This document shows, piece by piece, positions 25,394 through 32,000 of a stretch of 32,000 bases of DNA. Under the pieces are notes generated by a model. It had not been told where the DNA came from. It did no database searches and saw only the letters and a list, made by a program, of their open reading frames with translations. Source of the stretch: Methanopyrus kandleri AV19 (lineage in GTDB: Archaea > JAADCQ01 > Methanopyri > Methanopyrales > Methanopyraceae); NCBI RefSeq assembly GCF_000007185.1, contig NC_003551.1:695456-727455 (forward strand), given 5' to 3'. The stretch's first letter is position 1; every line of letters starts with the position of its first letter. Both the position numbers and the translations under genes were made by a program.

Positions 25394-27172
25394 TTACATC
25401 CGCTCCAGCGTCGGAATTCCGAGGAGATTCATCAGGTTCTCCGCCACGATCGTGAATGCCTCTACGAGCTTCAGTCGCGCCTCCCGTACTTCATCGTCCT
25501 CAACGTGCAGCACGGGAACCTCCTCGTAGAACGTGTGGAACGTCTTCGCCAGGTCGTACGCGTACTCGGCGAGGATGTCCGGGCGCCGCTTGCGCACGCA
25601 CTGGGCTACGTGGCGTGGGAACTTCGACATCTTGAGGATCAACTCGAACGAGTGATCGTCGTTCAAGTATGCCGCATCGAAGCGGTTCACCTCCTCGTCT
25701 GCCTTCCGGAGGATCGACTTGGCCCTCGCGTAAGCGTACTGGATGAACGGTCCACCACGACGGAAGTCGAGGGCTTCGTCCCAGTCGAACTCTATCGGTT
25801 TGTTGGGACTCACTCTGGCGATAGCGAAGCGTACGGCCCCTATGGCGATCTCCTCCGCGATCTTCTCTCGCTCCTCGTCGCTCAGTTCCTCCGCTACGCC
25901 CGCTGCCTTCATCTTCTCGAGTGCGCGCTTCTTGGCTTCCTCCAGGAACTCGTCGAGCGTCACGTATCTACCCTTCCTAGTAGACATCGATCCTTCCGGC
26001 AGATGGATGAACTCGTAGAACACCACGTCGATACGGTCGGGGTTCTCCTCGAGCATGTCCAGTACGGCCCGTAGCTGTTCGACCGCTAACTTGTGATCCG
26101 CTCCTAGCACGTCTACCACGAACGTGGCTCGTCCGAGCTTCCAGAGGTGATAGGCGATGTCACGGGTGGTGTACAGCGTAGTGCCGTCGCTGCGCGTGAG
26201 TACGAGCTCCTTGTCGATTCCGTAGTCTTCCAGGTCGACTACCACGGCTCCATCCTCGCGCTCCTCCGCGACTCCCATGTCCAGCAGCTTCTCCACGATC
26301 TCCAGTGCATCGCGCGCGAACTCGCTCTCGTACACGAATCGGTCATGCGCCACCCGGAGGCGCTCCAGCGTTTGGATGTGCCCTCTCAGACACTCCTCCA
26401 CTACGGTCTGGAACGCGTCGGCGATGCGCTCCGCTCGAGATTCTTCCTCCACTAGGTAACGTTCGTACGATCTCAGGAACCTCTCGACTACTTCCTCCAG
26501 CTCGGGATCTTCCTCGATCTCACGCGCGGCTTCAGTGTACAGCTTACCGAAGAACTCGTCCGGTTTTTCGCCCTCGGGTACTTCGGGCCGCCCCTCCTTT
26601 ATGTACTTCCACGCGAGCATCGCGATCTGCTTACCCATATCGTTCACGTAATACTGCACTTCCACCCCGTAGTTCGTGAAGACCATGCACCTCGCGAGAA
26701 TGTCCCCGATGACAGCGTTTCTACCGTGGCCGATGTGTAAAGGACCGTTGGGGTTCGCGCTAGTGTGCTCCAAGATTACGGGGCGACCCATACCGAGGTC
26801 GAGCGAGCCGTACTCTTCGCCGTAGTAGAATATCGACCTGAGCGTCAGCGCCGCGTACTGGGACCTGTCGAGCTTCAAGTTGATGAAGCCCGGGCCTTCC
26901 ACCCAAGCCTTTTCCACGAACACCACGTCGTCGAGGTCAGACTCCTCGACGATCGTTTCAGCCAGCTCTCTGGGGTTCTCGTCCAGCTCTTTAGCTAGGG
27001 AGAGTGCCACCGGCGTGGCCAGATCGGCACCTTCGACGGGTGGGTTCTCGTCGATAGGAACCTCTATCAGCTCGTCTACTTCGTACACGGACGAGATCGC
27101 GTCCCGGATCGATGTTCTTATGGTGCGAATCGTAACCGAAAACGGGTCGCGAGGTGTGGTTTCCTCGGCCAA
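25394..27172 (-). CDS. argS: Arginyl-tRNA synthetase
   Basis: VILEHTSANPNGPLHIGHGRNAVIGD; NDMGKQ; MSTRKGRYVTLDEFLEEA; C-terminal anticodon-binding domain LVEAFTIVAENLMNLLGI. Confidence 0.96.
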   Translation of the reverse strand: MAEETTPRDPFSVTIRTIRTSIRDAISSVYEVDELIEVPIDENPPVEGADLATPVALSLAKELDENPRELAETIVEESDLDDVVFVEKAWVEGPGFINLKLDRSQYAALTLRSIFYYGEEYGSLDLGMGRPVILEHTSANPNGPLHIGHGRNAVIGDILARCMVFTNYGVEVQYYVNDMGKQIAMLAWKYIKEGRPEVPEGEKPDEFFGKLYTEAAREIEEDPELEEVVERFLRSYERYLVEEESRAERIADAFQTVVEECLRGHIQTLERLRVAHDRFVYESEFARDALEIVEKLLDMGVAEEREDGAVVVDLEDYGIDKELVLTRSDGTTLYTTRDIAYHLWKLGRATFVVDVLGADHKLAVEQLRAVLDMLEENPDRIDVVFYEFIHLPEGSMSTRKGRYVTLDEFLEEAKKRALEKMKAAGVAEELSDEEREKIAEEIAIGAVRFAIARVSPNKPIEFDWDEALDFRRGGPFIQYAYARAKSILRKADEEVNRFDAAYLNDDHSFELILKMSKFPRHVAQCVRKRRPDILAEYAYDLAKTFHTFYEEVPVLHVEDDEVREARLKLVEAFTIVAENLMNLLGIPTLERM

Positions 27173-27187
27173 CGTGGGCGAACCCCT

Positions 27188-28426
27188 TCACTTGGGTCGG
27201 AACCTGAGCAGGGCTCCGAGTCCCCGAAACGCGTTATAAAACTGAGCGCCCTCTTCGGTCTCGGTTGAGATGATCTCGACGTTGGATCCCATCTGCTCGG
27301 CCAGTTCCACGTAGTAATCCACTATGTCTTTGATTTCTTCCACGTTGAGCTCTGCTTCCCCGCATTCCGGGCACTCTTCCACGTATTTCTTCGCCTCGTC
27401 TTTCTCCTTCACCGTAACGATGTTCTCGTACCCGCACTCCGGACATCGTAGGATTACCTTGTATCCCTCGAGGTCCTCGGAAACTAGCAGTACCTCCACG
27501 GCACCCATCTTGAGGAGTTCGTCGACTTCCTCTCCATACGCCGCGAGTTCACCGTTCACGGCCTCCTCCATGAACTTTCGCACGAGGCGCTTCTCCCGGA
27601 CTAGCTCGGCTTCCTTCAGCGCTTCTTCGGCTTTGTTCAGGGCCTCCCGGAGCCCGGACTCGTCCGTGTTGCCGACGTCCACCACGGTGAGTACCTTTTC
27701 CTTTAGATCCTTGGGGAGGTAGTCGCCGTCCAGGAACTCCTCCTTCGTGGGACCTGGACCTCCGACGATGATTCCCTTCAGATCCTTCACGTCTTCGAAA
27801 GCCTCGCGGGCGGCTTCTCCCACCTTCTGGTAAAACTCGTGGGCGGCGTGCTCGATCAACCGGTCGAACCTACGCTGAGATTGACCTCCGGCCTTATGCT
27901 TACCCGGCACGTCGGACGTCAGCCTCTTCACGGGTTCGATTCGCTTACCTTTCACGAGACCTATCGTGGCCTCCCGGCGGTCCATTACCAGGATTCCGTA
28001 GACGTCCTTCTCTTCGAGGTATTCCTTGAGGGGTTCTAGATAGAATTTCGAATCACATCGGTAGATGAACCGGTCCACGGGCTCGGGCGGTTCGATCAGC
28101 TCCGCGACCATCTTCTCCTTGGTACCGTCCTGGACGGTGCCGACGAGAACTACGAGTCCGTTTTCCGGAGTCTCTCCGACCATTTTGAGACGCTGCATCA
28201 CGACCTCGATAGCTGATTGGACGTTCTTCCGGGTGCGCTTACTCTTGATGTTGCTGGCTTGGGAGTACTCCTCCCGCATCTGAGCGATGACGTCGCTCAG
28301 ACGATTCTCCGGCGGGATGTAAATCGTGATGAGCTCGGTGCCTTGTCCGCGCAGGTTTTCCAGTCTCTCTATCATCTTCCTGAACCTATATCTCTCGACC
28401 GTAGACGATTCGGCCATCGTGAACAC
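27188..28426 (-). CDS. prf1: Peptide chain release factor subunit 1 (aRF1)
   Basis: NIKSKRTRKNVQSAI (NIKS motif), PGKHKAGGQSQRRFDRLIE (GGQ motif), zinc-finger Cys pairs near the C-terminus. Confidence 0.97.
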   Translation of the reverse strand: MFTMAESSTVERYRFRKMIERLENLRGQGTELITIYIPPENRLSDVIAQMREEYSQASNIKSKRTRKNVQSAIEVVMQRLKMVGETPENGLVVLVGTVQDGTKEKMVAELIEPPEPVDRFIYRCDSKFYLEPLKEYLEEKDVYGILVMDRREATIGLVKGKRIEPVKRLTSDVPGKHKAGGQSQRRFDRLIEHAAHEFYQKVGEAAREAFEDVKDLKGIIVGGPGPTKEEFLDGDYLPKDLKEKVLTVVDVGNTDESGLREALNKAEEALKEAELVREKRLVRKFMEEAVNGELAAYGEEVDELLKMGAVEVLLVSEDLEGYKVILRCPECGYENIVTVKEKDEAKKYVEECPECGEAELNVEEIKDIVDYYVELAEQMGSNVEIISTETEEGAQFYNAFRGLGALLRFRPK

Positions 28427-28445
28427 CCCCTAGGGGTGAGACAGC

Positions 28446-29117
28446 ATGTATTCGGTCGTGGCACTGGGTGGCTCGGTCGTAAACGTGGATAAACCCGAAC
28501 GCATCAAGGAAACCGCCGAAATCTTGCGAAATGGGCTCGATTCCGGGCTGAAGATATGCGTCGTCGTCGGTGGTGGGCCGACCGCCCGTCGGTACATAAA
28601 CGTAGCGCGAAACCTCGGGACACCGGAAACTCTACTCGACGAGATGGGTATCGCCGTTACCCGGCTGAACGCGATGCTTCTAGGGGCGGCGTTGGGTCTG
28701 CACGATCTGCACGTGCCTGAGACCCCAGTAGAAGCCGCGAGAATAGTCCGGCGGAACGGTGTGGCAGTCTGCGGTGGTACACATCCCGGCCACACAACCG
28801 ACGCCGTAGCGGCCATGATCGCGGAACTGCTCGAGGGTCCACTCGTCATAGTTACCAATGTCGACGGGGTGTACGACAAGGACCCCAGTGAACCAGGCGC
28901 GCGCAAACTCCGGGAACTGAGGCCCGAAGAGCTGGAAGAACTGGCAGTCCGCGCTGAGCTTAAGGCGGGGGGAAGCTTCGTAGTGGACCCCCTCGCCGCC
29001 AAGATGATAAGCAGGGGTCAAATCGTCACGCACGTGGTTTCGTGGGAAGACTTCCGGTCCCGTGGGTTGGAAAACGTGGTTCGAGGCCGTCATAATGGGA
29101 CGATAATCGAGGGGTGA
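28446..29117 (+). CDS. pyrH: Archaeal-type uridylate (UMP) kinase
   Basis: VVALGGSVVN, VVVGGGPTARRYI, VVTNVDGVYDKDPSEPGARKL amino-acid-kinase motifs. Confidence 0.88.
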   Translation: MYSVVALGGSVVNVDKPERIKETAEILRNGLDSGLKICVVVGGGPTARRYINVARNLGTPETLLDEMGIAVTRLNAMLLGAALGLHDLHVPETPVEAARIVRRNGVAVCGGTHPGHTTDAVAAMIAELLEGPLVIVTNVDGVYDKDPSEPGARKLRELRPEELEELAVRAELKAGGSFVVDPLAAKMISRGQIVTHVVSWEDFRSRGLENVVRGRHNGTIIEG

Positions 29118-29123
29118 AAGGGT

Positions 29124-29315
29124 TTGACGGAGCGCGTACCTCCCCACTCCCACTGTATCGTTTGTGGGGCCGCAATCCCGGAAGGGGAGCGATTTTGCAG
29201 CGAGAAGTGCCGGATGGAATACGAACGTAGGAGGAAGAAGGCGGCGACACTCCAGTGGATGCTGGCCGGAGCTCTCATAGCCCTAGGTGTGGTCCTGATG
29301 CTCCGGGGTGTATGA
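29124..29315 (+). CDS. Small zinc-ribbon plus transmembrane protein (DUF2116-like)
   Basis: CIVCGAAIPEGERFCSEKCRMEYERRRKK followed by LQWMLAGALIALGVVLML. Confidence 0.75.
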   Translation: MTERVPPHSHCIVCGAAIPEGERFCSEKCRMEYERRRKKAATLQWMLAGALIALGVVLMLRGV

Positions 29316-30029
29316 GCGGAGTGAGGGCAATCCGGCTCCGCGAACGCCGATCAACACGTCACCGGGTGTTGGGAGCTCGAGGACGGGACAGAACACATCG
29401 CTGCCACCCGCGATCGTCCCTTCGTACTCCACCCAAGTAAAGAACGCGTATCCCGGCTCCGGAGTTTCGTACTCGAACTTTTTGGGGATGGGTTTGTCGG
29501 TCCGGATTACCTCAAGTGGTTCGATGTCTTCTGGGAGACCCGGCCGATATCTCGGCGTCCTAGGTGGTCGGCGGATAGGGTTGGCCCCAATCCGCACTTC
29601 CTGTGGCACGATCGTCGGTTCATACCTCTCGAGAACGGCGTTGATGACGGGTACGAACTTCTCTTCTAGGAGTAGTGTGTCGATCATCTCACATGCTACC
29701 ACATCGGCGTTCACATCCACATCCCGCGCGTCCCCTACTACTACCTCCCACTCCACGTCGTGCGGGACGTGTTTCCTGAGGTTCTTCTCGAGAAGTCGGG
29801 CTCGTTTGGGATTCTTTTCTACGGCGATCACGCGCTCGGCGCCGGCGTGGGCTGCAACCACCGATAAAGGTCCTGTGCCGGCTCCAAGGTCCGCGAAAGT
29901 GTCCTCTGCGACTTCCGCTACCATCGAGGTGAAGACGAAAACGCGCCTTACGTCACGGAGCAGGTCGAGCTGGTAGGAGTCTACCAACAGCTTGAACTCA
30001 CCTACTGGAGTTCTTATGGTTTTAATCAT
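29283..30029 (-). CDS. SAM-dependent methyltransferase
   Basis: TFADLGAGTGPLSVVAAHAGAERVIAVEKNPKRARLLEKNL (motif I/II). Confidence 0.8.
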   Translation of the reverse strand: MIKTIRTPVGEFKLLVDSYQLDLLRDVRRVFVFTSMVAEVAEDTFADLGAGTGPLSVVAAHAGAERVIAVEKNPKRARLLEKNLRKHVPHDVEWEVVVGDARDVDVNADVVACEMIDTLLLEEKFVPVINAVLERYEPTIVPQEVRIGANPIRRPPRTPRYRPGLPEDIEPLEVIRTDKPIPKKFEYETPEPGYAFFTWVEYEGTIAGGSDVFCPVLELPTPGDVLIGVRGAGLPSLRSYTPEHQDHT

Positions 30030-30565
30030 TCGTCACTCACCACATCCTTAGCTTCTTCGGGTTTCTCTTCTTTCCCCTCTGATTCCCGCTCCTTGCGCGG
30101 TTTAAGCTTGATTACATAGTCTGCCGCATTTTGTAGTGCTGTACTAAATCCTGGATCTGCTCCTATTACAATGGTGACCTTACCCTGCTCCTTCGCCTTA
30201 GCTATAATTGGAAGAAAGTCAGTGTCACGCGTCATTAGTGCGATTGCGTCGACGTTATCACTGTAAATAAGTTCCATTGCCTCAACCGCTAAGTACACAT
30301 CAACGTCTCCCGGAATCACTCTAGGAACAAAACCCTGATTGGCTACAGCTTCAATAAGTTTGTCCGAAGCGTATTGGTTCAGGAACGCTAATCCTACTCT
30401 AATATTACCCAATTCTTCAACTAATTCTCTAACCTCCTTCAAACTGACATCGAACTCTTTACGGAGCATATTCGGTCCGTCAATCAACATTGCAATGTCA
30501 AGATTGCCCCGCTTAGCTTTTCTCTTGATTACACCACTCATATAATCTTTGACCGTATCGAGCAA
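30026..30565 (-). CDS. NYN-domain (LabA/DUF88-like, PIN-fold) protein
   Basis: NLDIAMLIDGPNM, GDVDVYLAVEAMELIYSDNVDAIALMTRDTDFLPIIAKAKEQGK conserved Asp motifs. Confidence 0.85.
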   Translation of the reverse strand: MLDTVKDYMSGVIKRKAKRGNLDIAMLIDGPNMLRKEFDVSLKEVRELVEELGNIRVGLAFLNQYASDKLIEAVANQGFVPRVIPGDVDVYLAVEAMELIYSDNVDAIALMTRDTDFLPIIAKAKEQGKVTIVIGADPGFSTALQNAADYVIKLKPRKERESEGKEEKPEEAKDVVSDE

Positions 30566-30586
30566 CTCATCACCACCTCCAGTCGG

Positions 30587-31345
30587 TTAACGTGCTGGGC
30601 GCTCGGGTTCATAGACTCTCAACTTACACTCTCCACCGGGAGAGAAGTGGTAAGGGAACTCTTCCACGACGGCCGCGTCTACGACCCCCTGTCGCGTCAA
30701 CACGGCTGTAAGGTGAGGGCACGACTGAGAGTAGAGCACTACAGGGCCCTTATGAGAAGCTAGGAACCTGCGCACCGAACCGTTGGATAGTACCATTCCC
30801 GTAGAGAGCAATACGGATTCACCGAACTTTATATTCCTCTCGACCCGGAGACGTGGATCCTCGTCTACGATCTGAAGGAGTATTCCGCGATCCCGTAGTT
30901 CTCGCGCTATGTGGGCGGAGTATCCCACCAGTATCACCTCATCGCCGAGCTTTTCGGCGGTGTCGGCGACGATCTTCGCTCGGAGGGTAACGGCTCTGCC
31001 GTAGTCCCTGGGCAAGCTGATCTCCTCCTCAGGCTCCACGTTCTCCGCGCTCGCCACCGCATCGAGGGCTGCGCTCCGGGCCTGAGGCTCCTGAAACCTG
31101 CGCCACACTTCCTTCAGCTTCAGTCCCAGTATCTCCCGGAGTCGGAGGCATTTCTCGGGGTGGAGTGACGCTCCTTCCAGCCCTCTTTCCGTTTTGATTA
31201 GCGTAACGATATCGTCGTGGACGCGGTCTCCGCCGGGTGGCCTCCTGTATCCCTCCAGGGCGAGTGCCGCCGCTACTCGGTCGTTCTTACCCTCCGCTAT
31301 CAGCTCCCTTACTACCCTCGAATAGAGCTTCCAGCGCCTCTTCAT
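30587..31345 (-). CDS. Conserved hypothetical protein; start assigned to the internal ATG (MKRRWKLYSRVV...)
   Basis: Helical N-terminus followed by Rossmann-like VILVGYSAHIARELRDRGILLQIVDEDP...GESVLLSTGMVLSNGSVRRFL; ORF-track start (31441) lies inside the upstream gene. Confidence 0.6.
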   Translation of the reverse strand: MKRRWKLYSRVVRELIAEGKNDRVAAALALEGYRRPPGGDRVHDDIVTLIKTERGLEGASLHPEKCLRLREILGLKLKEVWRRFQEPQARSAALDAVASAENVEPEEEISLPRDYGRAVTLRAKIVADTAEKLGDEVILVGYSAHIARELRDRGILLQIVDEDPRLRVERNIKFGESVLLSTGMVLSNGSVRRFLASHKGPVVLYSQSCPHLTAVLTRQGVVDAAVVEEFPYHFSPGGECKLRVYEPERPAR

Positions 31346-31429
31346 CGCACTCCCCCGATCCGGACCTGCTTCCGACCTGTACCTCGACGCGACCGTAGTC
31401 CCGGAGGGCTCTCTTGACTGGACCCTCCG

Positions 31430-31631
31430 GATCCCCTTCACCTCGGACGTCCACTAGGATCACGTACTCCACGGCGCGGAAGGCCCCGACGATGTCGGAT
31501 CCTCGGGTTGCTCGCACCGACAACACGTCGAAGCCGGCGCGCCTCAGGGCTTCGGATACTTCTTTCTCGAGCCTCCGCTCAGGAACTGGTTTGTGGGAAA
31601 GGAGGTGCACGTCGACCATCAGCTCGCTCAA
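31430..31631 (-). other. 5' half of a small uncharacterized ORF whose full extent is 31287..31631 (TTG start overlapping the upstream TGA); the ORF-track start at 31799 lies inside the KH gene
   Basis: (L)SELMVDVHLLSHKPVPERRLEKEVSEALRRAGFDVLSVRATRGSDIVGAFRAVEYVILVDVRG; first ATG at 31619. Confidence 0.5.
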
Positions 31632-32000
31632 GCCTGCTCGACCTCCAGTCCCATCCCCAGTAGCTCCTGTAGCACCTCCTCGACGTACCGCGCGTACCTG
31701 CCCCGCTGTCCCATGAACGGTCCGAAGTCCTTCTGGTCGATCCATACCTTCAGGTTCGGACCGGCTATGTCCACGTCCACGATACGTTCTCCTATCCACG
31801 GCACCGGGTGGATGTCCGCGATGAAGTCGACGAAGTCCAGTGTGAGGTGCGTCACGACGATCCTCATGTTCGTCTCCGCCTCTATCCTCTCGATACGCTC
31901 ACCTCCCGTTCCTACGACGCGACCTACGTGGCCTTCCTTGGTAACGATCACCGCCTGCGGAACGTTCTCGGTCTTGATCTCGAGGTCTTCCGCGATCGGC
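31628..32000 (-). CDS. KH-domain protein, C-terminal part, N-terminus beyond window edge
   Basis: Frame stays open past the ORF-track start: PIAEDLEIKTENVPQAVIVTKEGHVGRVVGTGGERIERIEAETNMRIVV; GTGG is the KH GxxG loop. Confidence 0.75.
   Translation of the reverse strand, partial: PIAEDLEIKTENVPQAVIVTKEGHVGRVVGTGGERIERIEAETNMRIVVTHLTLDFVDFIADIHPVPWIGERIVDVDIAGPNLKVWIDQKDFGPFMGQRGRYARYVEEVLQELLGMGLEVEQA

Noticed and set aside
25328-26074. Plus-strand 248-aa ORF opposite argS
   Set aside because: Antisense frame of the ArgS gene; composition reflects the complementary codons and has no domain signature.
26305-26679. Arg/Pro-rich antisense ORF opposite argS
   Set aside because: Codon-shadow artefact with arginine- and proline-rich composition.
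1-32000. Search for CRISPR arrays, insertion sequences, prophage or toxin-antitoxin cassettes
   Set aside because: No regularly spaced direct repeats, transposase/integrase motifs or phage genes noticed by eye. The PIN and NYN proteins lack an obvious antitoxin neighbour.

Overview
This 32 kb window looks like ordinary archaeal chromosome. It is dense, GC-rich and operon-packed. The gene content, acidic proteins, pseudomurein-type genes and a C8 tRNA suggest a Methanopyrus-like methanogen (inference, not searched). From left to right it holds: 2-oxoglutarate:ferredoxin oxidoreductase followed by succinyl-CoA synthetase; a GHMP (pantoate-kinase-like) kinase plus a 58-aa CooT-like ORF missing from the supplied track; pyrF; a polyamine/hypusine block (deoxyhypusine synthase, agmatinase, eIF5A, pyruvoyl arginine decarboxylase); an IMPase-like phosphatase with an apparent C-terminal MazG-like domain overlapping NAD kinase; a divergent histone-fold protein; a Nob1-like PIN protein lacking the zinc ribbon; and a two-domain protein joining a retropepsin-like domain (PF05618 type) to a peptide-deformylase-like domain. 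These are followed by hemC, dphB and a DUF555 protein. A tight minus-strand envelope array comes next, with two Mur-ligase-like proteins (one with a MurT-like Cys4 insertion), a MraY-like transferase, an ATP-grasp protein, a PP-loop protein and three uncharacterized membrane or secreted proteins. Then come gltX, tRNA-Lys(UUU) with an encoded CCA and a genomic C at position 8, argS, aRF1, archaeal UMP kinase, a small zinc-ribbon/TM protein, a methyltransferase, a NYN-domain protein in locally lower-GC DNA, and a truncated KH-domain protein. No CRISPR array, transposon or rRNA was recognised. The strongest leads are the retropepsin/deformylase-like fusion, the uncharacterized genes attached to the pseudomurein-like array, and the C8 tRNA with its unusual promoter.
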